Assembly: GCA_946624925.1 (NCBI GenBank) | Contig: CAMOSO010000021.1 | Location: 30-64,029, forward strand | Origin: an uncultured Bacteroidales bacterium | GTDB lineage: Bacteria > Bacteroidota > Bacteroidia > Bacteroidales > UBA3824 | Direction of reading: 5' to 3' | DNA: 64,000 bases | Part shown: one piece after another, positions 8,113 to 17,691 of the stretch | Position numbering within the stretch: the stretch's first letter is position 1 | How the letters are laid out: every line of letters starts with the position of its first letter | The notes under the pieces: model-generated | Database searches by the model: none | The model's input: only the letters and a program-made list of their open reading frames with translations | Told to the model about the DNA's origin: nothing | Position numbers and translations under genes: made by a program

Positions 8113-9771
8113 ATGAAAAAATTGTTTTGCATAATATTGATTCTGATTTTTGCGGCAACCGTCCACGCACAGGATTACGAAATCACAATACCGACGGCAA
8201 CGGCAGGCGACATTTCGCGGCTGTCTAATGCAGTATCTATCAGCAACATCCGCGACGGCATCATCACAGCATACGCCAACGAAAGCGAATTGATGACGCT
8301 GCGGACGATTTTGCCACAATACGCCTATAACGTGCGGAGTGTCAAGAAGTTATCCAAAAGCGCAAACTACATCGATATGGCGCAAAGCATCGAGGAGATG
8401 AAAGATTGGGCGCATTATCCAACATACGAAACCTACGTAGCGATGATGGAAGATTTTGCGGCTAAGCATCCCGACATTGCGCAACTCATTGATATTGGGG
8501 CAAGTGCGGAGGGGCGGCAACTATTGGCGATTCGCATCACCGCCATTGGCGACACGCTCCCGCGCCCGCGTGTATTCCTGACATCAACGATGCACGGCGA
8601 CGAAACTTGCGGTTATGTATTGATGCTCAGGCTGATAGATTATCTTTTGAATAATTATGGCAACGACGCCACTGCAACCCGCATCATCAACAATATCGTA
8701 TTGTATATCAATCCGTTAGCCAATCCCGACGGCACTTATTATGGCGGCAATGGCACCGTCGCCGAGTCGCGCCGATATAATGGCAACAATGTGGATTTAA
8801 ACCGAAATTTTCCGCAGTTGGGCGCGTTGGCAAAATCCACTCAAAACCTTGAACCTGAGACTATTGCAATGATGCAATTTGCCAAAAGTAGGCATTTTAC
8901 ATTGTCGGCTAATATGCACGGCGGCGACGAGGTTTTGAATTATCCTTGGGACAGTTTTTATGAATCGGAACTGGGACTCGCCGACAAGGATTGGTTCGAG
9001 GATATTTGTCAAAAATACATTGATACTTTACGCACGTTTGCGCCCAACGGTATGAAAACCGTCAACAAACAAGGCTATGTTTTTGGCAGCGAATGGTACA
9101 AAGTGGCTGGTGGTCGTCAGGACTGGATGATGATTTCGGAGCGTTGCCGGGAGATGACAATAGAGCTGTCAACCATAAAACTCCTGCACTGCGACCTTTT
9201 GGAAAATTATTGGCAGCGTCACCGCGATGGACTTTTATTGTATATTTGCAGCGCATTGCAAGGCATTAGAGGTCAAGTAGTTGACTTCAACGGCAACCCG
9301 ATAAAAGCCAAAATTTATTTGGACGGACACGATTATAATTATTCGTCGATAATGTGCGATGCTGAGGGTCAATACGTGCGCCCAACTCTCGCCGCCAAGA
9401 CTTACAACGTATGCGCCGTTGCCGATGGCTATGAGACACAATGTCAGGAAGTTAACACTAAAAAAAATGAACTCGCCGTCGCCGACTTCACAATGTCAGA
9501 AGGCATATCGGAATATGTAGCCATTACTACTGAAAAAACTCCGCCGAAAACACCGCAAATAACAGTGCATCAAGGCGTTATAGAAATTAAATCTGCACAA
9601 ACAATCGACCGCGTGGAGATTATAGACGCACTCGGGCGGAGGATTTGCAATTACAATCCAAAAAGCGACACCTTTCAATGTCAGGCATACAATTTGACGG
9701 GCGGAATTTACGTTATCAGAATACAAACCGGCGGCGTGATTGCGTCGTCAAAAATAACAATTACAAAATGA
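8113..9771 (+). CDS. M14 family zinc carboxypeptidase with T9SS C-terminal sorting domain
   Basis: Signal peptide MKKLFCIILILIFAATVHAQ; zinc motif TSTMHGDETCG; HGG later; C-terminus VEIIDALGRR...GGIYVIRIQTGGVIASSKITITK resembles a Por/T9SS CTD. Confidence 0.85.
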   Translation: MKKLFCIILILIFAATVHAQDYEITIPTATAGDISRLSNAVSISNIRDGIITAYANESELMTLRTILPQYAYNVRSVKKLSKSANYIDMAQSIEEMKDWAHYPTYETYVAMMEDFAAKHPDIAQLIDIGASAEGRQLLAIRITAIGDTLPRPRVFLTSTMHGDETCGYVLMLRLIDYLLNNYGNDATATRIINNIVLYINPLANPDGTYYGGNGTVAESRRYNGNNVDLNRNFPQLGALAKSTQNLEPETIAMMQFAKSRHFTLSANMHGGDEVLNYPWDSFYESELGLADKDWFEDICQKYIDTLRTFAPNGMKTVNKQGYVFGSEWYKVAGGRQDWMMISERCREMTIELSTIKLLHCDLLENYWQRHRDGLLLYICSALQGIRGQVVDFNGNPIKAKIYLDGHDYNYSSIMCDAEGQYVRPTLAAKTYNVCAVADGYETQCQEVNTKKNELAVADFTMSEGISEYVAITTEKTPPKTPQITVHQGVIEIKSAQTIDRVEIIDALGRRICNYNPKSDTFQCQAYNLTGGIYVIRIQTGGVIASSKITITK

Positions 9772-11009
9772 AAAAAATCCTAATCATAACAGCAATATTC
9801 GCGCTCGCAACTACGGCGCAGGCACAGGACAAGAAATTTGACAAGGTAATGCAACTCTATGAGTCTGAGAACTATACGGAGTGTATGGAAGCCGTCAAAA
9901 AATACAACGCCGCCAATCCGTCGAAGCCCGACGGCGTGTTCATATTGGCGTTTACATACCACAAGATTTTCCGTCAAGCACCGCAGAAGGAGTACAACCT
10001 CACTTCCGCCGAGAATACGCTCTACACCGCCTTCAACAAGGACAAGGACAAGTCAGTCCGCCTCAAATACAAGGCTGAGGTTGACGAATTGAAGGCAACA
10101 ATCACCGAATTTCAGGACAAATTTTACGCCGCCAACGACAACAAGAAGGCGGGGCAGCACGCGATGATGTTGGCGAAGATTTTCAACGACACCACCGAGA
10201 CCTACAAGCACATCTTTATGCCCGAACTTTTCGCTGCGCCCGTCACCTACGGCAAGACCCTCGCCGCCTACGAAGGCCCCACCAACCAAACCGACGTAAC
10301 TGGCAAGAAGATAGGCGTTTGGATTGAACTCTACCCCAACGGCAACCGCAAATCTCAAATCAACTACGAGGCAGGCAAACCTCGCGGCGACTTTTACAAA
10401 TTTTACGAGCACGGCGGCGTGAGCGCACACCTTTATATGATAGACGACGACCGCGCCTCCGCCATCCTCTACGACGAAAACGGCGACCGCGTGGCGATGG
10501 GTTATTATTATCAACGTCAAAAAGACAGCCTTTGGCAGTACCTCGAAAGCGATTCTATCCTCGTGGCGGAGGAAAATTACGTCCGTGGCAAGAAAAACGG
10601 CCCCGAAATCACCTACTTCCCCTACGGCCTCCCCGCCGAGGAACTCAATTGGAAAGACGGCGTTAAGAACGGCGCGTGGAAGCGTTACCACGACATCGGC
10701 ACGATTTTGTTTGAGGCGACCTACGTAAACGGCAAACTCGAAGGCCGCTACACCAAATACAACAACAAAGGCGAGATAGAACTCGTCGGCAATTACAAAA
10801 ACGATGTCAAGCACGGCGAATGGAAGGAGCTCGACCCCAAGACCAAGAAATACAAGGTTACGAAATACATCAACGGCGAAGTTGAAAACGCGGCGGAGGA
10901 AGACCTCAAAGAATCCAAACAGCTTGAAAAACAGTCAGAAGAGGGCAAATACCTCCCCGACCCTGTCGATTTCCACAATAATCCCGAAGAATTTTTCCAA
11001 AGGCAGTAA
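9768..11009 (+). CDS. MORN/YwqK-type repeat protein, secreted
   Basis: ATG overlaps the upstream stop (ATGA at 9768-9771). Signal peptide MKKILIITAIFALATTAQA. Repeats GKKIGVWIELYPNG, GKKNGPEITYFPYG, DGVKNGAWKRYH, NGKLEGRYTKYN, DVKHGEWKE. Confidence 0.75.
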   Translation: MKKILIITAIFALATTAQAQDKKFDKVMQLYESENYTECMEAVKKYNAANPSKPDGVFILAFTYHKIFRQAPQKEYNLTSAENTLYTAFNKDKDKSVRLKYKAEVDELKATITEFQDKFYAANDNKKAGQHAMMLAKIFNDTTETYKHIFMPELFAAPVTYGKTLAAYEGPTNQTDVTGKKIGVWIELYPNGNRKSQINYEAGKPRGDFYKFYEHGGVSAHLYMIDDDRASAILYDENGDRVAMGYYYQRQKDSLWQYLESDSILVAEENYVRGKKNGPEITYFPYGLPAEELNWKDGVKNGAWKRYHDIGTILFEATYVNGKLEGRYTKYNNKGEIELVGNYKNDVKHGEWKELDPKTKKYKVTKYINGEVENAAEEDLKESKQLEKQSEEGKYLPDPVDFHNNPEEFFQRQ

Positions 11010-11064
11010 AAAAGTTTTTCATTTCATAAAAAAACATTAAATTTGCGGTATCATAACACACAAA

Positions 11065-12264
11065 ATGACAATGAAAAACTCAATACTACTATTCACGGCT
11101 CTTGCGACGCTCGGCATGGCTTCATGCTCCACGCAGAAAAAATACATCCGCGTGGACAATATCAACAACGTCAACACCGTGAAGGACAATCCGATAATCT
11201 ATTCGCTGCCCAAGACAGCAATCACCGTAAAGGTAACAGCCGTCAACGAAGTGAGCGTCCGTGGACCTTATTATCAATACGCCTCAAAATACATCGGCAC
11301 CGACGACATAATCACCAGCAATTCAAGCGTTTGGAAACTTGGCAACATCGACATATCGTCGTATCCCGTGCAAGATTCGTCGCGCACATACGTCGTGGAG
11401 ACCAACTATCCTTGCGCAATGAATTTTAGCCCTGAAGGTTTTTTGGAGAGCATCAATACAAAACCCGATTTCCAGGAGCGCAACTACCGCGACGACGACA
11501 CTCACAACAACCTCACAAGCGACGACCTATCGAGCCGCCGCAAATTCCAAGACATCAACGTCAACAGATACGAAACCGTTTTTGACACCGTGCTGCACGT
11601 CGTGGACGCCGATTCGATTTTCACAGCCGTGCCGTCAGCCAAGAAAAACCTGATACGCAAGTCGTTGGAAGAACAAGCGCAGGAACTCGCCAACGAAATT
11701 TTTCTCCTCCGTGACGACCGCAACGCACTACTCAAAGGCGAAGGCGACGGCAACAACGCACCTACCGGCGACGCACTCCGTTACATGGTGGAGCAACTCA
11801 ACAAATTGGAAGAATCGTACATGAGCATGTTTGTCGGCAAAAAAATCAAGATAGAAAAGACGTTCATTTTCAATTACATACCCAACCAAAACGCCAAACA
11901 GCAAGCGACACTGTTCAATTTTTCGCCGGAATATGGCGTAGTACCAAACGGCAGCAAGAAAGGCAGTCCCATCACTGTGGAAATCAGCGACCTCGGCGAC
12001 AACATCGTCATCAACAAATACGACAACAATCAGACCACGGCTCGCCAACGTGCAGGCGCATCGCAGGCCGCCAACGGTTTTGCATACCTGACCAACGCAT
12101 ACGGACTGGTACGCATTATGCAAAACAACAATTCATTGTCCGAAAAAACATTGAACATCAATCAGTTAGGCACAGTAAGATACCTGCCAGCGTCATTGAT
12201 GCAGAAAGACGGATTTAAGTTGATACTCTATCCGCAGACCGGCACAATCAAAAGCCTAAACTAA
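11065..12264 (+). CDS. Hypothetical lipoprotein
   Basis: 399-aa ORF with lipobox LATLGMASCS; no family confidently recognised. Confidence 0.5.
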   Translation: MTMKNSILLFTALATLGMASCSTQKKYIRVDNINNVNTVKDNPIIYSLPKTAITVKVTAVNEVSVRGPYYQYASKYIGTDDIITSNSSVWKLGNIDISSYPVQDSSRTYVVETNYPCAMNFSPEGFLESINTKPDFQERNYRDDDTHNNLTSDDLSSRRKFQDINVNRYETVFDTVLHVVDADSIFTAVPSAKKNLIRKSLEEQAQELANEIFLLRDDRNALLKGEGDGNNAPTGDALRYMVEQLNKLEESYMSMFVGKKIKIEKTFIFNYIPNQNAKQQATLFNFSPEYGVVPNGSKKGSPITVEISDLGDNIVINKYDNNQTTARQRAGASQAANGFAYLTNAYGLVRIMQNNNSLSEKTLNINQLGTVRYLPASLMQKDGFKLILYPQTGTIKSLN

Positions 12265-12281
12265 CAAAAATTCTAAAAGCC

Positions 12282-13592
12282 ATGTCAAAAATCGCCATCA
12301 TAGGAGCCGGAATTTCAGGACTTACAGCCGCAAAAAACCTCATGGAAAAACATGAAGTTGCGGTCTATGAAAAGAGCCAAACCGCCGGAGGACTCGCTCA
12401 AAGCATCAAAGCCGACGGATGCACATTCCATATTTGCGGCGCAAACTCCATGAAACAAATTTGCGACACAACACGGAAATTCATCGAAGGCATAATCGAC
12501 TTTGACGAGGAAATTATAGAAGTCAAACGCAACAGCGCGATATTGTTTGAAAACGGCGAGGTCTCAAAACCCGAATTTCATGGAATGTTCAAGAAGAAAA
12601 TGACTGAGATAGAGGGAGTTCCAAGCCCAATTTCGAGCCATATCTACATGTTGCAGCCGGAAATCCAAAAGCGCATTGTCAGTGACATCTTCAAAATCAA
12701 AGCGAAGGAAAAAAGCAGCCGCTCTCCAAAATTCCTCGCCACATACCTCAAGGCAAAATATGGACAGACATTGTATGACATGTTTTTTGGTCCATACTAC
12801 GAAAAAGTATGGCACAGCGACCTCCGCAAAATCCCGCTCAGATGGCTTGAAGGACGTCTCCATGCGCCCACAGCCGACGAAATCATCATGGCGAACTTCA
12901 ATCATGACAAAGCGCAATACCTCGCAGCGCGTACATTCCTCTACGACATAAACGGCGGCGCTCAGAGGCTCGTCAACAAACTCGTCGAAGCAATCGGCGA
13001 CCGTCTGACGCTCAACCACGTTGTAAGGGACATTGAAAAGCGCGGCGAAAAATGGCTCGTTGACGGCATGGAATACGACAAAGTGATATTCTGCGCAAAC
13101 CTCAAGATGCTGCCGAAAATTCTGCATACGCCTGAAATAGAGCCATATAGAGAATATATCGCTTCACTCCAATACCACGGCACAACCTCGGTATTCTGTG
13201 AACTCAGCAAAAACCCCTACACGGAAATCTACCTACCCGGAAAGGAACACCGCGCACATAAAATCATCTGCACTGGAAATTTCAACGCCGCAAACAACAG
13301 CGAGAGCCACAAAATGACTGGAACTGTGGAATTTACGGACTACATTTCCGAGGACGACATAAAGGACGAACTTTCACGCATGCCGCTCAGCCCTGTCTAT
13401 CTCACACACCGATACACTGAATACACACACCCTATTCAGGACATCGAGACACAGGCTACAGTCTCCAAAATCAAGGATTCACTCAAACCAACAGGATTCT
13501 TCATCACCGGACTCTTAGCTGAATGGGAACAATACAACGTCAACCAGGCAATCGCAGCGGCAATAAAAACTGTGGAAGCTGTCAACTGTTAA
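12282..13592 (+). CDS. FAD/NAD(P)-binding oxidoreductase (amine oxidase / protoporphyrinogen oxidase-like)
   Basis: N-terminal dinucleotide-binding motif KIAIIGAGISGLTAAKNL...VAVYEKSQTAGGL. Confidence 0.7.
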   Translation: MSKIAIIGAGISGLTAAKNLMEKHEVAVYEKSQTAGGLAQSIKADGCTFHICGANSMKQICDTTRKFIEGIIDFDEEIIEVKRNSAILFENGEVSKPEFHGMFKKKMTEIEGVPSPISSHIYMLQPEIQKRIVSDIFKIKAKEKSSRSPKFLATYLKAKYGQTLYDMFFGPYYEKVWHSDLRKIPLRWLEGRLHAPTADEIIMANFNHDKAQYLAARTFLYDINGGAQRLVNKLVEAIGDRLTLNHVVRDIEKRGEKWLVDGMEYDKVIFCANLKMLPKILHTPEIEPYREYIASLQYHGTTSVFCELSKNPYTEIYLPGKEHRAHKIICTGNFNAANNSESHKMTGTVEFTDYISEDDIKDELSRMPLSPVYLTHRYTEYTHPIQDIETQATVSKIKDSLKPTGFFITGLLAEWEQYNVNQAIAAAIKTVEAVNC

Positions 13593-13626
13593 CTTTGAAT
13601 TTTTAATTTTTAATTACATATTATAA

Positions 13627-14343
13627 ATGAACCTTCAATCGCTCAAAGAAGAACTCTCCAAGACCACGTACCCCGGACGCGGCATCGTGATTGGCAGGAG
13701 TGCCGACGGCACAAAGGCCGTTACGGCGTATTTCATAATGGGTCGCAGCGAAAACTCGCGCAACCGTGTATTTGTTGAAGACGGCGAGGGCATCAGGACT
13801 GAGGCTTTCGACCCTTCAAAAATGAAAGATCCGTCGCTCATCATCTACGCGCCTGTCCGCGTTCTCGGCAACAATACAATCGTCACAAACGGCGACCAGA
13901 CCGACACCATCTACGATCTGATGAACGCCGAGCAGACTTTTGAAATGTCGCTCCGCACACGTCAGTACGAACCCGACGCGCCAAACTTTACGCCGCGCAT
14001 TTCGGGCATCATGAATGTCAACAATGGCAAATACAGCTTCCAAATGTCGATTTTGAAATCTGACAACGGCCGTCCCGAATCAAACTGCCGCTACACCTTC
14101 AATTACGACAACCCAATCGCAGGCGAAGGCCGTTTCATCCATACTTACATGGGCGACGGCAACCCGCTGCCGAGTTTTGAGGGCGAGCCGACTTTGGTGG
14201 ACATAAAAGGCGACATCGACGAATTTACCAATACGGTTTGGAACAGCCTCAACGCCGACAACAAGGTGTCCCTCTTCACACGCTTTATCGACATAAAGTC
14301 AGGCAGTTACGAAAGCAGAATCATCAACAAAAACACGAAATAA
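13627..14343 (+). CDS. IMP cyclohydrolase (PurO-like)
   Basis: 238 aa; YPGRGIVIGRSADGTKAVTAYFIMGRSENSRNRVF resembles the PurO-type family; directly precedes an AICAR transformylase-only gene. Confidence 0.8.
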   Translation: MNLQSLKEELSKTTYPGRGIVIGRSADGTKAVTAYFIMGRSENSRNRVFVEDGEGIRTEAFDPSKMKDPSLIIYAPVRVLGNNTIVTNGDQTDTIYDLMNAEQTFEMSLRTRQYEPDAPNFTPRISGIMNVNNGKYSFQMSILKSDNGRPESNCRYTFNYDNPIAGEGRFIHTYMGDGNPLPSFEGEPTLVDIKGDIDEFTNTVWNSLNADNKVSLFTRFIDIKSGSYESRIINKNTK

Positions 14344-14344
14344 A

Positions 14345-15523
14345 ATGCAGGAATACCAACTCAAATATGGCTGCAACCCTAACCAAAAGCCCGCAAGGAT
14401 TTTCATGCAGGAGGGCGAACTTCCCGTAGAGGTCTTGAACGGCAGGGGCGGCTACATCAATTTCCTCGACGCCTTCAATGGCTGGCAACTCGTGAGCGAA
14501 CTCAAAAAGGCGACCGGCATACCCGCCGCAACGTCCTTCAAACACGTTTCGCCGGCTGGTGCAGCAATCGGTCTGCCGCTCTCGGACGTTGAGAAAAAAA
14601 TCTACTGGGCGGACGACCTCGACATCGAGTTTACGCCGCTCGCCAACGCTTACATCCGCGCACGTGGTGCAGATAGGATGTCGTCATTTGGCGATTTTAT
14701 TGCGCTTTCCGACGTTTGCGACGAAAGCACCGCATTAGTAATCAAGCGCGAAGTTTCGGACGGCGTTATCGCTCCCGGCTACACGGACGCAGCCCTCAAT
14801 ATCTTGAAAGCCAAGAAGAACGGCAATTATTGCGTCATCAAAATCGACCCGAACTACAAACCCGCGCCCATCGAGCACAAGGAAGTTTTCGGCATCACTT
14901 TTGAGCAAGGCCGCAACGAACTCGTCATCGACAGCAAATTTTTCGACAATATCGTTACCGAAAATAAGAATCTCACCGACCAAGCCAAAACCGACCTCAC
15001 GATTGCGATGATTACATTGAAATACACGCAATCAAATTCGGTTTGCTATGTTAAAAACGGACAGGCAATCGGCATCGGCGCAGGTCAGCAGTCGAGGATT
15101 CACTGCACAAGGCTCGCAGGTCAGAAGGCTGACAACTGGTGGCTTCGTCAGTCACCGCAAGTGCTTGGTTTGCAGTTTGTTGACGGCATTAAACGCCCCG
15201 ACCGCGACAACACAATCGACATCTACATTTCCGACGACTACATGGACGTACTCGCAGAAGGCGAATGGCAAAAATACTTCAAGGTAAAGCCCGAAGTATT
15301 CACCCGCGAGGCAAAACGTGCATGGCTCGACAAAAACAGCGGCGTTTCAGTGGGTTCAGACGCATTCTTCCCATTTGGAGACAACGTAGAACGCGCCCAC
15401 AAGAGTGGTGTAAACTTCATCGCACAACCCGGCGGCTCTGTCCGTGACGACAATGTTATCGACACCTGCAACAAGTACGGCATCGTGATGAGCTTCACCG
15501 GCATAAGGCTGTTCCATCACTAA
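14345..15523 (+). CDS. purH: Phosphoribosylaminoimidazolecarboxamide (AICAR) formyltransferase, transformylase domain only
   Basis: 392 aa; LKYGCNPNQ, FKHVSPAG, GIGAGQQSRIHCTRLA, AQPGGSVRD motifs; lacks the MGS-like cyclohydrolase domain. Confidence 0.85.
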   Translation: MQEYQLKYGCNPNQKPARIFMQEGELPVEVLNGRGGYINFLDAFNGWQLVSELKKATGIPAATSFKHVSPAGAAIGLPLSDVEKKIYWADDLDIEFTPLANAYIRARGADRMSSFGDFIALSDVCDESTALVIKREVSDGVIAPGYTDAALNILKAKKNGNYCVIKIDPNYKPAPIEHKEVFGITFEQGRNELVIDSKFFDNIVTENKNLTDQAKTDLTIAMITLKYTQSNSVCYVKNGQAIGIGAGQQSRIHCTRLAGQKADNWWLRQSPQVLGLQFVDGIKRPDRDNTIDIYISDDYMDVLAEGEWQKYFKVKPEVFTREAKRAWLDKNSGVSVGSDAFFPFGDNVERAHKSGVNFIAQPGGSVRDDNVIDTCNKYGIVMSFTGIRLFHH

Positions 15524-15543
15524 GATTCAATGCATAATTTTTT

Positions 15544-15621
15544 CAATGCATAATTCATAATGCATAATTAGGCGTCCGCCGGATGGCTAATTATGCATTA
15601 TGCATTATGAATTATGCATTG
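15544..15621. terminator. Long palindromic hairpin between convergent genes (bidirectional terminator)
   Basis: caatgcataattcataatgcataattag - gcgtccgccggatgg - ctaattatgcattatgcattatgaattatgcattg; the right arm overlaps the last codons of the minus-strand symporter gene. Confidence 0.65.
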
Positions 15622-16562
15622 TTGTCTTTTCTCCTCAGCCACGCCGCATACACCGCGCCAGAGATGTTGTGCCACGTGCTGAACACCGCGCCGGGGATTG
15701 TTGCTAATGGATATTGCGCAAAATGCGCGGCGGCAAGTCCGGCGGCGAGTCCCGAATTTTGCATACCGACCTCGATGGAGAGTGCGCGGCATTTTTGGTC
15801 TTGGAGTTTTAGGATTTTGCCAACAGCGTATCCGGCGGCATAGCCACAGAGATTGTGGAGTATTACAACTACAATAATCAACGTGCTTGTGTTAAGAGCG
15901 TTGAGAAGTTTTTCGGAGCTTGCGGAAACCACCGCCGCCACTATCACAGCAATGGCAAGCGACGACACGGCAGGCAAGATTTTCACGATTTTTTGAGTGA
16001 AATTGCCAAAAAACTTATTGACCAACAATCCCAAAATAATCGGTATCAAAACTACCTTTACAATCGAAAAAAACATATCCAAGACATTGACATCCACAAT
16101 CTCGCCAATATAAATTTGAGTGAAAAGCGGTGTCAAAAACGGCGCGAAAATTGTGGAAACTATCGTCATACCAACAGACAGAGCCACGTCGCCCTTTGCA
16201 ATATAAGTGATGACGTTGGACGCGGTGCCGCCCGGACAAGTGCCCACAAGCATCACGCCGACAGCAAGTTCGGGACCAAGGGCAAAGATTTTAATCAGCA
16301 AAAAAGCAATCAACGGCATCAACGCAAACTGCGCCAAAAATCCGACAATCACCTCCTTGGGACGGCTGAATACAATCTTGAAATCATCAGCCTTCAATGT
16401 AAGCCCCATCCCAAACATCACCACGCCGAGCAAATAATTGACCGCGCTCGTCTTAATCCAATTGCAGGTCTGCGGCTGCCACAATGCAAGGACAGCCGCA
16501 CCTACAACTATGAACGCCATATATTTTGCAATATAACGGCAGATTTTTTCGATAGTTTCCAT
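15612..16562 (-). CDS. Bile acid:sodium symporter (BASS) family transporter
   Basis: 316 aa polytopic membrane protein; GLTLKADDF, GTCPGGTASNV, EVGMQNSGLAA motifs. Confidence 0.85.
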   Translation of the reverse strand: METIEKICRYIAKYMAFIVVGAAVLALWQPQTCNWIKTSAVNYLLGVVMFGMGLTLKADDFKIVFSRPKEVIVGFLAQFALMPLIAFLLIKIFALGPELAVGVMLVGTCPGGTASNVITYIAKGDVALSVGMTIVSTIFAPFLTPLFTQIYIGEIVDVNVLDMFFSIVKVVLIPIILGLLVNKFFGNFTQKIVKILPAVSSLAIAVIVAAVVSASSEKLLNALNTSTLIIVVVILHNLCGYAAGYAVGKILKLQDQKCRALSIEVGMQNSGLAAGLAAAHFAQYPLATIPGAVFSTWHNISGAVYAAWLRRKDNNA

Positions 16563-16587
16563 TATAATCGTTCCTCTTTCCTCTCTC

Positions 16588-17673
16588 CTACTCGCACGCC
16601 ACGCCCATCAAGAGATTACCGGGCAGGAAACCGAAATAGCGAGAATCGTCCTCAGTAGAGCGGTTGTCGCCGAGTACAAAGTAATAATTGCGACGGAAAC
16701 GATAAGAATTGGTTTCTTCGCCGTTGATGAAGATTTTGTCGCCCTTGACATCCACCTTGTTGCCCTCGTAAGCCTCGATGCAACGACGGTAGAGCGGCAG
16801 GATGTTGGTATTGAGTTTCAAAACCTTGTCCTTCTCCGGCACGGGAAGCGGTCCAAAGTTGGAGGAGTTCCAATGCAACTTTTCGATGTAGGGGAACACC
16901 GTCCTCTCAAAATAATCCTTGGGCAGAGTAACTCGCTGAATCTTGCGGGCTACATTGTTTTTATAAATTGCGTCCGCCTCCATCTCGCTCAGGCTGTACA
17001 GAGCCGCCTGCGAATTTGTGGGTATAGCCTTGTGATAAAAACTGATGATAGTCTCGGCATCCTCGCCGGTGTAAGTGATGTCAGCCTTCTTGATGCCGAG
17101 CGGTTCGAGGTATTCGTTTTTGAGGATGTCGTCGGTAACAGTAAGGAACAAGTGCTTAGTAGTGGCAACGTCCTCGACGGGATTGTTGTTGACAGAAACC
17201 TTGTTGTCTTTGATGGCAACCATATCGCCGGGCAGACCGATGCAGCGCGAGAGCAAAATCGGACGTTTCTTCTTGCCCTGCGACACCACGGGATCCACAT
17301 TCTTATTGCACCACGCCTCGCCGTAGAGACGGCGCATCTTGTAGTAATTTTTGTCGGGCGCATTGAGGTTGACGCTGTCCGCCTCGGGATGACGGAATAC
17401 AAGCACGTCGCCACGCTCAGGAGTCGCAAAACGGTTGAACCACACCGTGCTGCCCTTGGCGTAGGCGGTCTCCATCGAATTGGAAATTACCTTAGCACGT
17501 CCAAACAGAATCACGCCAACAATCACTCCCACAATCAACAGCGCACCTATTATCAACAGTGCCTTAAACAGCGGAGAAAGCCCGCCAAACCAGCCCGAGC
17601 CGCCATTGACCGTGGTGATGGTCTCGGTGGTCGTTGTAGTGGTGGTAACCACCTTTGTTGTTTTACTTGCCAT
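16588..17673 (-). CDS. lepB: Signal peptidase I
   Basis: N-terminal TM anchor; S26 motifs SNSMETA, GDVLVFRHP, GDNRSTEDDSRYFGFLP. Confidence 0.85.
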   Translation of the reverse strand: MASKTTKVVTTTTTTTETITTVNGGSGWFGGLSPLFKALLIIGALLIVGVIVGVILFGRAKVISNSMETAYAKGSTVWFNRFATPERGDVLVFRHPEADSVNLNAPDKNYYKMRRLYGEAWCNKNVDPVVSQGKKKRPILLSRCIGLPGDMVAIKDNKVSVNNNPVEDVATTKHLFLTVTDDILKNEYLEPLGIKKADITYTGEDAETIISFYHKAIPTNSQAALYSLSEMEADAIYKNNVARKIQRVTLPKDYFERTVFPYIEKLHWNSSNFGPLPVPEKDKVLKLNTNILPLYRRCIEAYEGNKVDVKGDKIFINGEETNSYRFRRNYYFVLGDNRSTEDDSRYFGFLPGNLLMGVACE

Positions 17674-17691
17674 AATCAGTACAATTAAAGG

